64,000 nucleotides of DNA from positions 1 through 64,000 of IMG/VR virus record IMGVR_UViG_3300037067_017690; one strand, 5' to 3'. A program made the position numbers and the translations under genes. This DNA comes from a virus (Duplodnaviria; Caudoviricetes). Below are positions 20,804 to 30,895 of this stretch, one piece after another (position 1 is the first letter of the stretch; each line of letters begins with the position of its first letter). The notes beneath the pieces are model-generated. The model made no database searches and had not been told where the DNA came from. It saw only the letters and a program-made list of their open reading frames with translations.

Positions 20804-21148
20804 ATGTCTTGGAATACTTTTAGTGTAAAACAAACTCCTTCGTTAGGAGCTGGTGCATCTGTTATTGTAACCGATGCTCAATTTCCTTTTGGAAATACAA
20901 CTATTTATCGTTCAGTAAATGTGTGGGTTACAACTACCGCAACTCAGGCTCAATATGTTGTTACAATTTTACTTAATGATGTTATACAAGATTCTATAAC
21001 TGCTGGTCCAAGTAAAACAGTTGCTAATTATCAATTAGATCAAATTTTGATGAAAGATCCATCTTTAATGTTTAAAGTTGGTATTACTAATAATGCAACT
21101 CAGCCTATTACATTTGTGATAATTATTACAGGAGAATATTGGAGCTGA
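20804..21148 (+). CDS. Small beta-rich putative virion protein
   Basis: T/V-rich 114-aa ORF with GAGG SD. Confidence 0.55.
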   Translation: MSWNTFSVKQTPSLGAGASVIVTDAQFPFGNTTIYRSVNVWVTTTATQAQYVVTILLNDVIQDSITAGPSKTVANYQLDQILMKDPSLMFKVGITNNATQPITFVIIITGEYWS

Positions 21149-21594
21149 TGGACACCTATATTTGTGAAGCTTGTGGAAAAAAAGTTATTGAACAATTAAC
21201 GGAAGAACATCATAAAGTTCATCGTGCTCTTGGTGGGAATGATATGAAATCAAATCTTACAAAAATTTGTATTGAATGTCATAAATTAGTTCATGTAATT
21301 TTTAAAAATATGATCAAAAGAAAACCATTGGGGGATTCATATAATCGCGATCTTATTAAGAAGATGGGACGTTCTGATAGAGCGGTTCAGATTATAATTG
21401 AATTAGCTCATGAAGCGTATAAAGAATTTTTGAAACGTGATTGTAAACTTGGTGGAAAAGCATTAAAAAGTTTAAATTTGCAGTTTACAGAATCTAACTT
21501 AAAATTAGTTTTAGTCGCTGCTGAAAGAGCAGGTTATAAAAGTGCAAAACAATGGGTTGCAGCATTGATTGTAAAAAATGCTGGTATCAGATAA
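21139..21594 (+). CDS. HNH endonuclease domain protein
   Basis: CEAC...EHHKVHRALGG...NLTKICIECHKLVH. Confidence 0.8.
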   Translation: MELMDTYICEACGKKVIEQLTEEHHKVHRALGGNDMKSNLTKICIECHKLVHVIFKNMIKRKPLGDSYNRDLIKKMGRSDRAVQIIIELAHEAYKEFLKRDCKLGGKALKSLNLQFTESNLKLVLVAAERAGYKSAKQWVAALIVKNAGIR

Positions 21595-21616
21595 AAATAT
21601 TTTTAAGGAGATTTAT

Positions 21617-22189
21617 ATGTTAAAACAAGCTCAGATTAAAAGAGAAATGACCAGAGTTAAAGATTTAGGTCTTCCAGCGATTCTGGTCCGCAATTTAATG
21701 AAATATGGAATGCGACTAAACACATTTGTTTGGAAAGATTACGGTTCATCAAATAGAGTTTTGAATTCTGTATATCTCGATATGAAATTAAATCAGATTT
21801 CTAGCAGAGTAAATGTTGGAGCAATCTATGGAAAAAGTACAGAAAATTGGTTTTTAGCTCTCGAAATTACTCCTGGTATTTATGATTTTTATACAGATAA
21901 AAGATTTGTAGTTCCTTATTACAAAGATTTAACTCTTGAACAAGCTCTTCGCAGACTTCCAAGAGAAGAATATGAATTATTCTTCGTTCCTACAATGGCC
22001 GAAGAAGAAATTATTCCAGAAGAAGAGGAATCATTTCCCGAAACTGAAGAAGTTCTATCATTAGAAAATGATTTAGATATTGATAGGGATCTTGAAATGC
22101 TTGAAAGAGAATTAGAACCATTACCAATGGCAGCAAGTAAAAAAAGTGCTTCAGAAATTCTGAGAGAAATAGACGAAATTAGAATATGA
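21617..22189 (+). CDS. Paralog of 13423..14067 with acidic tail
   Basis: AAGGAG SD before MLKQA; core domain shared with 13423. Confidence 0.75.
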   Translation: MLKQAQIKREMTRVKDLGLPAILVRNLMKYGMRLNTFVWKDYGSSNRVLNSVYLDMKLNQISSRVNVGAIYGKSTENWFLALEITPGIYDFYTDKRFVVPYYKDLTLEQALRRLPREEYELFFVPTMAEEEIIPEEEESFPETEEVLSLENDLDIDRDLEMLERELEPLPMAASKKSASEILREIDEIRI

Positions 22190-22428
22190 AATTAAAGGTG
22201 ATATCAAATCAAATTCGTAAACAAGCAGATTTTAGTATGAATGGTCACCTTGAAATTGGACAAGGTTTAGCAAGAAAAATGAAAGAAGGATTAAGAAATT
22301 TAAAAGATCTTATCGATTCCATTCCGGAAAATTCTGTTGATCAAATGACAATCGATGAATATACAGAAATAATGCCTCAGGTTACACAAGTAAAAAATGC
22401 TTTATACGATTTTTTCCATTCGCTATGA
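22186..22428 (+). CDS. Small leader-bearing helical protein
   Basis: MKLKVISNQIRKQA leader. Confidence 0.7.
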   Translation: MKLKVISNQIRKQADFSMNGHLEIGQGLARKMKEGLRNLKDLIDSIPENSVDQMTIDEYTEIMPQVTQVKNALYDFFHSL

Positions 22429-22433
22429 TTAAA

Positions 22434-22466
22434 TAAAAGAGGGTGATTTTAAATCATCCTCTTTTA
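22434..22466 (+). terminator. Rho-independent terminator
   Basis: AAAAGAGGGTGATTT/AAATCATCCTCTTTT hairpin. Confidence 0.75.
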
Positions 22467-22476
22467 CATTTTCAGA

Positions 22477-22491
22477 CGGTATACTTATTCT
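22477..22491 (+). promoter_or_regulatory. Putative leaderless promoter GG-TATACT-N6-ATG
   Basis: cggtatacttattct directly before ATG 22492, just after a terminator; no SD. Confidence 0.6.
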
Positions 22492-25400
22492 ATGAGCCAT
22501 CTTATCCCAAATAATAATGTTCGAGATTTAGATCAAACATATTTAGATTATACATCTCGAGGATTTTATAAATCTTTTGGAAATATCAAAAAAATATCTG
22601 AATCATCAAATTCTTTGCTATTTTCTAATGAAGATGGAAGTTTATTCATTGATGGTGTAATTATTAAAATTAAAACAGATATTGCATATTCAAAATATTT
22701 TTTATTCAAACAAATTAGTGGTTCTTGGAAATCTGCTCCTTCATCCTGGCATACAGAATTAGGTATATTTCCATCAAATATCATTATTGGAATTTCAAAT
22801 GACCATGTTGATATTTTTGATTATGATAATCTTTCTATTGGATATTGGATGAGATTTACGAATGCTGCAAATAACATTTTAAATACAATTCCCTTAAAAA
22901 TTCATTTTGCAAATTCAATACTAACAATTTATTCAGAAAATACTTTTTATTGGATTGATTTTGCCACTGAAAATATTTACAAAACAACTACTATTGATGC
23001 TCAATATAATGGAACTATTTCACAACGAAATTCTGCTTTATCTTATATAAATTTATCTTCAGGGGTATTTCCTAATATCTCATCTATTCCCAAATTTTTT
23101 CATGGATGTAAAAATTATGGTGTATTAGGCACAGCATCTGCTGGATTTCGTTTGAATTATGCGACAAAAACAATTCAAAAATTAGTGAATCAAGAATGTT
23201 TTATTTGTTCTATTGATGATAATGGAAATTCGTTATTCAAATCATCAACTAACATCACAGGAACTTATGAACGAATTGCATCGTATGATAGTTATTGTAA
23301 TAATATACAAATTAATCATAATGATGAAAATACTTTAGAATCTTTTCAAGATGAAAATAAATTGGCATATTTAAATTTTGGTAAAATTAGTACTATTGCA
23401 GCACTTGGTATAAATCCGAAAATAAAATTAGTAAATTCTGAAGGATATTGGACATCTGATCGTCAAGGATTTTCTATAAAAACTGGTTTAGATTATAGAT
23501 ATGGCACTGATACATGGGGTGGTGGTGCTGCTATGAATCCATTTAAACAATGGTGTGAAGCAGCAGTTGAAATGCTAGATATGTTAGGGTCTTCACATTA
23601 TGTAGGATTACACGCTGATAATGCCAGAGTTATAAAAATTAATCATACTTGGGGACATACATATAAATGGCAAAGTTGGTATAGACAAAGTAATGTTCCT
23701 CCAATAACTGGTTTAGATTATTATTATGATTTATATGACGATGCAAAAAAAAGAGGAACTGGATATTGGGATAATTTTATTTTAAATGATTTGATTCAAA
23801 ATGATTGGTCTGGTTCTGGTCGAAAAGTTCTTCTTCTTGCTACACAATATGGAACTTATTCTTCATCATATTATATTTCTCTTGCTCTTCTCAATCATGT
23901 TGTTATTATTGTTGTAGATCCTAGAAATCCCGGAGAACAAAATAATGATTTAAAAGCAATAGCAGAAGGTTCTGGTGGGGCATATTTAAATAATCCAACA
24001 ACATTACAAGTTCAACAAACTATTAGGAATTTGTTTGATGAAGGATTAACAGGAGGATTTGTTGGAGTTCATCAAATTTTAGAAGATTGGCAATCAAGTT
24101 CGGTAATTAATGTATGTTCCGATAAGCCGGACGTTCAATTAGGAAATCTTGAAAAAGAAAAACAAATGATTGATTCAGGAATCGCTCATACAAAAGATGC
24201 CGGAATTGATTTCATAACAGGATCTTTAGCAATAAATTCTTTATCACAATATCCTATTTCAAATGGAGAAGTATGTCATTCTACTTTAGGAGGGACTTTA
24301 TCTGTAACTGATTGGGATAAAATTGATACTGTGTCAATTACTGACAATATTCCAATTAATACAGAAATAAAATATTTGATTTCATTCAATGGAGGAACCA
24401 ATTGGAAATATTTTACATCAAAAACTTATGATGCCACAGATTATGATTATTTAAATTTTCAAACGACTGATTCAGAATTAATTATTGACGACACTCCATT
24501 TTTACCGTCTCCTCCGAATCCAGTATGGACGCCAAATCCATGGTTTGGTTGGATTCATCTTAAAGAAACTGCTGGTGTTTATGAAATTAATAATTACCAT
24601 TTTACTAAAATGATTACATCATGGGATCCGACGTCATTTTCTACTCAGATATTAAACGAAATCAATCCATTCAATTTAAAAAGAGGAACTATTGGATCCA
24701 ATCCTAATGGAGGAACTTCAATAACCGATAATTCTATAAATATTCTATATTTAGTGTCATTTAATGATGGATCTATTTATGGTTATTGGGATATATCATT
24801 AAGATCTTGGCAAGGATTGGGTACTTCGTTGGAAATTCAAGATTTTATAGATCATGGAATGACATTGGAACAATTGAAAAATATTCCAAAATATGCTTGG
24901 AAACAATATTCTCAATCCCCATATAAAATCAGATTGGCTGTTGCAGTTAAAGCATTTTCTACTACTCAGGCTCCAACATTTCAAGGAGCTACTGTAGAAT
25001 ATTATGCAAATACTACTGGATGGTTAAATGTTTCAAATTTAGAAAATGATATTACTACAAATGGCATGTTGAAAACAACAATTGAAGGATTAACATGGCA
25101 AGATTGGTCTGATTACATTAATCAAGGGACTTTTGATTTAGCTATGAATTTAAAAACTACGGATAATTTAACTACGCCAGATTGGACAAAAATTGAAATT
25201 GTAAATAATTCTGTTACAAGAGAATTTAATGCAACTGTTTCAGCTAATATACAAATACTTTCAGGAAATAAAATTAAAGTTGAAAGTAACAAAGTTTCTT
25301 TGTTAGCTGAAAATATTACTACTTATGATAATCAATGGTTATTATTCAAAACAACTAATTTTATTGAAATGAAAGCTGGGGATATTGCAAAAACCATTTC

Positions 25401-27489
25401 AATCATGCAAAATCAACCATCAAATACATTTATAGGATATTTCTTTTCTTTTGATGATTTTACTACTTATAGTTATGCAGATTTAATAAGTGGAAAATGG
25501 GAATGGAATAGTTTTTCAGGGGATCCAAAAACTCAAACTGCTAATATGATGACTGCCACAGAAATTGTACAATTGGTTGAAGAATCATTTGGTAAAATTC
25601 GTGATTTAGGATTTAATGAAAGATTTGATATGGTGATCCTTTTAAGAACCGATGATAATACTAAAGTACCATTAATTTCTAGTATAAATGTAATATATCG
25701 GGAATTAGAATATTTAGGACATTATTCTTATTCTTTTATCGGGACAGGCGGATGGGAAATTAATAGTTTTAATGTAGAAATTCCCATTACGTCTGGCGAT
25801 GAAACAAAATTTGATAAGGGAATTATCCTTTATACTCCGAATGGAGGTGTCAGAGTGTATTCCAGAGAGGCTGGTGCGTCGGTAACGCCGAAATTCATAG
25901 TTGACTTACCAGGAGATACAAATACATTATATTTTGAATCAGATGATTTTCCAACAATGACTTGGTTTGATTCAGAACTTACATCAGTAATCAAAGATTT
26001 ATATTTAATGAAAAAATCTCTTTATTGGATTGAAAATAATTTCTTGTATAGATTAAATACAGAAAATCAAGTAAAAACTTCTGCTTCCGGATTAGATAAT
26101 ACAATTTTACATGATTTGACTTCCAGATCAGAAATAACAAAAATAGCAATATGTGGTAATTCAAGTATAGAAGAAGTTGAAGAGACATTATTAAATCCTT
26201 CTATTTTATATAAAACATATTATGCATCATTTACCGGAGCAAATATTTCTGCAATTTTTCAAAAAACTGCTTATCTTGTTGTTGATAATACAAAATTAGT
26301 TTGGCATGATCAGAATCGGAATTCTTTATACACATTAAATTATAATGCAAATGGATTAGTTAATTGTGATTCATTAAGAGTAGATAAAAATGTGATAATT
26401 TGTAAAGATGAAACAAAATTATATTTCTTGAATTATGAATCAAATGAAGCTTTTCGAATTGAAGATGGTATTTGGGAAAAATATAATGGAACTACCGAAA
26501 CTCTTAATAGTGGATTAGGTTGGTCATTTTATTATCAGAATCCTAATTATGGATCCTTTGATTGGACAGGCTCAACGATATATGGCTTTGTCACATTCAG
26601 AACTACAGGATATTGGTATGGGATTTGTTTTTCAACAGATCATATTGGATTTTTAACTAATTTTAATCAAACTCAGGAAATAAATTGGAGTGGAAATAGA
26701 TTTTTTATAGATAATGAGAATTTATTTTTTGATGATGGAATTTCATTTTATAAATCATTATCAATTAATGGATATAAGACAACTCCAATAGATGAAACAG
26801 CTTATAATGTTTCAGGGACTGCAGTGTCAATATGGAAATTTGGTCCACAATCAGCGACTTATAATGAAAGTACTTCTGGAAATTCTACTATATTTTATTT
26901 TAAATTTGTTATAAGATCACAAATTCCAATTACATTTCGATATAATTTGGATTCAACAACAAATGGAACAACTTCTATTAATGGACATGATTATGGAACT
27001 ACAACTTTTGGATCTTGGCAAAATTTAGTAATAACACCATCTCATTTAATAGTTGGAGAAAATATAATTCAGGTAACATTTGGATCTGCCGAATCAACTA
27101 GAAATTGGAATGCTAAATTATTATGCACAGCAACAACAAATAATGTTTTAAAAGGTTCTACATTAAAATCCATTAATACAATTAGGATTTCAGGAAATAA
27201 TTATAAGATTTATGTAAACATGATTAATTGCATGAATGTTTACAATGAAGCCACTATAACGAAATTTCATATTACAGATCCAACTTCGGGAGTATCAGGA
27301 ACAGACGTGCATCAAATAATTAGTGGATTGAATATAAGTGATTTCTGGATAACAACAGATGAAACATTATTGATAACCACTGAAGCTGCTGTAAATAAAA
27401 TTTTAGGATACAATTCTAATGATGGAACTTGGAATACAACATTTGATAATACTATTTTAAACAATAATTTTCTTGGGATTAGAAAGTGA
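22492..27489 (+). CDS. Large tail fibre/baseplate-type protein with repeated modules and a degenerate vWA-like region
   Basis: 1665 aa, N/T/S-rich; three I.Y..SF.D/N modules; RKVLLLAT...DLKAIAEGSGGAY. Confidence 0.6.
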   Translation: MSHLIPNNNVRDLDQTYLDYTSRGFYKSFGNIKKISESSNSLLFSNEDGSLFIDGVIIKIKTDIAYSKYFLFKQISGSWKSAPSSWHTELGIFPSNIIIGISNDHVDIFDYDNLSIGYWMRFTNAANNILNTIPLKIHFANSILTIYSENTFYWIDFATENIYKTTTIDAQYNGTISQRNSALSYINLSSGVFPNISSIPKFFHGCKNYGVLGTASAGFRLNYATKTIQKLVNQECFICSIDDNGNSLFKSSTNITGTYERIASYDSYCNNIQINHNDENTLESFQDENKLAYLNFGKISTIAALGINPKIKLVNSEGYWTSDRQGFSIKTGLDYRYGTDTWGGGAAMNPFKQWCEAAVEMLDMLGSSHYVGLHADNARVIKINHTWGHTYKWQSWYRQSNVPPITGLDYYYDLYDDAKKRGTGYWDNFILNDLIQNDWSGSGRKVLLLATQYGTYSSSYYISLALLNHVVIIVVDPRNPGEQNNDLKAIAEGSGGAYLNNPTTLQVQQTIRNLFDEGLTGGFVGVHQILEDWQSSSVINVCSDKPDVQLGNLEKEKQMIDSGIAHTKDAGIDFITGSLAINSLSQYPISNGEVCHSTLGGTLSVTDWDKIDTVSITDNIPINTEIKYLISFNGGTNWKYFTSKTYDATDYDYLNFQTTDSELIIDDTPFLPSPPNPVWTPNPWFGWIHLKETAGVYEINNYHFTKMITSWDPTSFSTQILNEINPFNLKRGTIGSNPNGGTSITDNSINILYLVSFNDGSIYGYWDISLRSWQGLGTSLEIQDFIDHGMTLEQLKNIPKYAWKQYSQSPYKIRLAVAVKAFSTTQAPTFQGATVEYYANTTGWLNVSNLENDITTNGMLKTTIEGLTWQDWSDYINQGTFDLAMNLKTTDNLTTPDWTKIEIVNNSVTREFNATVSANIQILSGNKIKVESNKVSLLAENITTYDNQWLLFKTTNFIEMKAGDIAKTISIMQNQPSNTFIGYFFSFDDFTTYSYADLISGKWEWNSFSGDPKTQTANMMTATEIVQLVEESFGKIRDLGFNERFDMVILLRTDDNTKVPLISSINVIYRELEYLGHYSYSFIGTGGWEINSFNVEIPITSGDETKFDKGIILYTPNGGVRVYSREAGASVTPKFIVDLPGDTNTLYFESDDFPTMTWFDSELTSVIKDLYLMKKSLYWIENNFLYRLNTENQVKTSASGLDNTILHDLTSRSEITKIAICGNSSIEEVEETLLNPSILYKTYYASFTGANISAIFQKTAYLVVDNTKLVWHDQNRNSLYTLNYNANGLVNCDSLRVDKNVIICKDETKLYFLNYESNEAFRIEDGIWEKYNGTTETLNSGLGWSFYYQNPNYGSFDWTGSTIYGFVTFRTTGYWYGICFSTDHIGFLTNFNQTQEINWSGNRFFIDNENLFFDDGISFYKSLSINGYKTTPIDETAYNVSGTAVSIWKFGPQSATYNESTSGNSTIFYFKFVIRSQIPITFRYNLDSTTNGTTSINGHDYGTTTFGSWQNLVITPSHLIVGENIIQVTFGSAESTRNWNAKLLCTATTNNVLKGSTLKSINTIRISGNNYKIYVNMINCMNVYNEATITKFHITDPTSGVSGTDVHQIISGLNISDFWITTDETLLITTEAAVNKILGYNSNDGTWNTTFDNTILNNNFLGIRK

Positions 27490-27584
27490 CGACCCCTCTT
27501 CAGTAATTCTGTGTTTTTACATTGTCAGCTATTGTAAAGAAGATTTTAAAATGATAATTTTTAAGCCTAGAATGTATAATTTAA

Positions 27585-28532
27585 ATGATGAATTACATTA
27601 ATACAGAAAATATCATTGCTGCAGATATGAATGATCTTAGAGAATATTCTGATAATTCTTGTAGAACTTCATATAGTTTTCCTACGAAAATGATTGCATA
27701 TTATGATACATCATTAAAAATAGTAGATGAATCTAATACTATATTAATGGAATTTGTTGCACATTCCGGATATATTTTAGAAGATGTAAATATCAAAAAA
27801 ATAATATTTCAGAATTACCGCTTAATTATATTAACATTAAATTCAATAGTTGTGATTAATTTTTTGACTAATTCTGCATACAAAATAATTGATTCGGGAG
27901 TGTATATATTTTCTGGAAATATTTCTCAACGGAATACTGCTTTAGGTTATATTTCAAGATATTCAGCAAATTTATTCACAGGGAATTTATTTGATTGTAT
28001 TAATGTTGATGATAACATTATATTCTCTCCATATACAGGAAAGGTAACGATTTATGATTATTCTGAAAATGCACATTTTCAAGAATTTTCTTCTTCATAT
28101 GAAAAATGTTTATTAGCATATGATATGAGATATAGAAGAATTTGGGTTATAGATAATAAAAAACCTCAATATGGATCATTTTTATTTCCAATCACAAGCG
28201 ATTTTACAATTACAATGACTTCTACAACATTAACTCCATATACAATAAATTCTTTGATGGTAGATAGTTCGTTTTTATATATAGGGCACAATAATGGAAT
28301 TATAAAGATAAATAAAGTAAATGAAACTCAAATAATATATGCTGAATTTGGAAATTATTCTACCAATGTAAAAAGTATTTCTAATAAAATGAATAATAGA
28401 ATTGTTGCAGGAACTACAGAAATTAATGGAATTAATGGAGCTTTCTTTTCTATAAATAAAAATGATATGAAAAAGAAAGTAATTTTAGATAAAGCAATTT
28501 TGGAAGGGATTAATTACATTGAAACAAAATGA
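27585..28532 (+). CDS. Beta-rich protein paralogous to the N-terminal module of 22492..27489
   Basis: FSGNISQRNTALGY versus YNGTISQRNSALSY. Confidence 0.65.
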   Translation: MMNYINTENIIAADMNDLREYSDNSCRTSYSFPTKMIAYYDTSLKIVDESNTILMEFVAHSGYILEDVNIKKIIFQNYRLIILTLNSIVVINFLTNSAYKIIDSGVYIFSGNISQRNTALGYISRYSANLFTGNLFDCINVDDNIIFSPYTGKVTIYDYSENAHFQEFSSSYEKCLLAYDMRYRRIWVIDNKKPQYGSFLFPITSDFTITMTSTTLTPYTINSLMVDSSFLYIGHNNGIIKINKVNETQIIYAEFGNYSTNVKSISNKMNNRIVAGTTEINGINGAFFSINKNDMKKKVILDKAILEGINYIETK

Positions 28533-30837
28533 TAAAGATCTGGATGAAATTTTGAATGATGTTAAATCTTTAAAAGGTTTTGAAAAAAATTTTAAAGCAA
28601 TGACAAACAATAGAAAAGAACAACATAAAAATTCTATTAATACATCTACGGGGCAATTTGTTGAAGATTTAATTTTTAATTCATTAGGAGTTGTTAAAGA
28701 AGGTAAAGTTGAAGCTTTAAAAAGTAGATTGAAGGAAAAAAAATTAAAAAAAGCTCCCAACATTATTGAATGGATTATTAATTCTGAATATATGAATTCT
28801 CCTGAATCTCTTAAATTTACTCGTTGTATGCAAGTATTACATCAATTTTACGAATTAATTTGTCCTGCTTGTGAATGTAAAGTGTTTAAAAATCCAGATT
28901 TGATTTGGAATATGAAACCAATTGAAATTCAAAATATTCATAGATTTGAAAATGGAAAATGTCCAAGATGTGGATTAACAAAATTAGAAATGAGACAAGA
29001 CGGATTGTTAAATGATTATTATGAATTTATTGGAGTTGCTGGCATGAGATCTGGAAAATCAGTGACTACAGGTGGTTTAATTGGAACTTATCAATTACAC
29101 AAAGCTTTATGTTATGATGATATTCCATCTTATTTTGGTGGCATGATAGAACGCCAAAGATTAACCATGACATTCATAGCAACTTCCGGCAAACAAGCGG
29201 CAGGTACAGTTTGGGAATATTTTACAAATGCCTTTGATATGTCTCCGTGGTTTGCTGAATATGTTAGTTATTTAAAAACATTGGAAAAGAGTTTGACTGG
29301 GTATAATGTTGGAGATTTATTTAAAAGAAACACATCAGAGATTTGGTTTAAAAATAAAAATATTTATTGTGATTCAGCAAATTCAAACTCTGCTTCATTA
29401 GCTGGAGCTACTCGATTATTATCAGTCATAGACGAGTTTGCGAAATTTGATTATGATTCTGGTTCAAAGAGAAGTGCTGATGAAGTTTATAGAATGATGA
29501 AAAAATCTTTAAGAACTATGAGATCTTTATCAAATACTAAAGCTATCAATGATGGTGATTTAGATCCGCTTACTGGAATATTAGCCACGTGTTCATCGCC
29601 AATTTCAGTACAAGATAAATTGATGCAACAATATCACAAAGCCAAAAAACAAAAAAAGGTATTTGCTTTTAAATATGCAACTTGGGAATTTAATCCGACA
29701 ATTAAACGAGAAGATTTAGTAGAAGAATTTGAAGATGATTATATTGGAGCTATGAGAGATTATGCAGCAGAACCTCCTGGAGCAAAAAATCCGTACGTTA
29801 TAAATTTGGATAGAATTAATTCCTGTCAAGATGTTCGAAAACCATTATTTAATGTGCAATTTTATAATCGTGATGCTGATTTACATGATGGAAACATGGC
29901 AAAATTTATTGGAGTAGGGATTTCAGATTGCATTTTTGATAAAGAAGGAGTATACGCTATTGCTCTAGATCCAGGATTAAATAATCACGGATTTGGTATT
30001 TCTGTATTACGTTTAGATTTAGAAGATGAAAAACAATTTAAAGTAATAGTAGAAGCTATTATTGAATTGTTGCCAACTACAGATCCATTGACAGGACTGG
30101 TTGAACGTGAAGTTGATTTTTTATGTATTGTACCATTATTAGAATCAATTGCAAAAAATTTAAATGTTAGATATGTAACATGTGATAGATGGCAATCAGA
30201 ATCTATTCTTCAAGATATTCAGGCAAAGGGAATTCCAATTAAAAAGGTAAATACAGGATATACTATGTATTTAGATTTTAAAAGAGATTTTAATGTTGGA
30301 AATATTAGATTTATACAGGCAGAATTACCTAGAGAAGAATGGACATTTAAAATGAAAGGGCAACCATATTCAAAAGTTTTGTTAGAATTAATGACTTTAG
30401 AAGATGATGGAAAGAAAGTCGCAAAAGCAAAAGATGGTTCAGATGATTTAATTCAACCAGTTGTTCGTGGTGCTGCATTATTAAGAGAAACATATTTCGA
30501 AAAATCAAATAGTTCATTGATTGGGGTTGGATTACATAAAAAGAAATCATCTAAAGACGATAGATATTATCATCTGAGTAATGCCATTAGTGCTGCTGGG
30601 CAAATTATTAAAAAAGAAGAAGTTGGTACATTTAATACAATGAAGCGAGATATCATGCCAAATTTAGGAGGCATGATTCAGGCAACATTAGGACAACAAA
30701 GTATGTTTTTAGGGCAACAACAGCAAAAAACTCAAACAAAAGTAATATCAATGAATAATACACAAGTAAATTTACCATTTCATCAATTAAAACCCAAATT
30801 TAAACAACAGAATCAAAGAAATCCTTTTTGTACATAA
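28519..30837 (+). CDS. terL: Terminase large subunit
   Basis: Walker A GMRSGKS, Walker B LSVIDE, nuclease ALDPG...SDDL; followed by portal. Confidence 0.88.
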   Translation: MKQNDKDLDEILNDVKSLKGFEKNFKAMTNNRKEQHKNSINTSTGQFVEDLIFNSLGVVKEGKVEALKSRLKEKKLKKAPNIIEWIINSEYMNSPESLKFTRCMQVLHQFYELICPACECKVFKNPDLIWNMKPIEIQNIHRFENGKCPRCGLTKLEMRQDGLLNDYYEFIGVAGMRSGKSVTTGGLIGTYQLHKALCYDDIPSYFGGMIERQRLTMTFIATSGKQAAGTVWEYFTNAFDMSPWFAEYVSYLKTLEKSLTGYNVGDLFKRNTSEIWFKNKNIYCDSANSNSASLAGATRLLSVIDEFAKFDYDSGSKRSADEVYRMMKKSLRTMRSLSNTKAINDGDLDPLTGILATCSSPISVQDKLMQQYHKAKKQKKVFAFKYATWEFNPTIKREDLVEEFEDDYIGAMRDYAAEPPGAKNPYVINLDRINSCQDVRKPLFNVQFYNRDADLHDGNMAKFIGVGISDCIFDKEGVYAIALDPGLNNHGFGISVLRLDLEDEKQFKVIVEAIIELLPTTDPLTGLVEREVDFLCIVPLLESIAKNLNVRYVTCDRWQSESILQDIQAKGIPIKKVNTGYTMYLDFKRDFNVGNIRFIQAELPREEWTFKMKGQPYSKVLLELMTLEDDGKKVAKAKDGSDDLIQPVVRGAALLRETYFEKSNSSLIGVGLHKKKSSKDDRYYHLSNAISAAGQIIKKEEVGTFNTMKRDIMPNLGGMIQATLGQQSMFLGQQQQKTQTKVISMNNTQVNLPFHQLKPKFKQQNQRNPFCT

Positions 30838-30895
30838 GATGGTAAACAGGGTATATCATCTTATGATGTAAAATTTAAAAAATGGAGAATGATAG

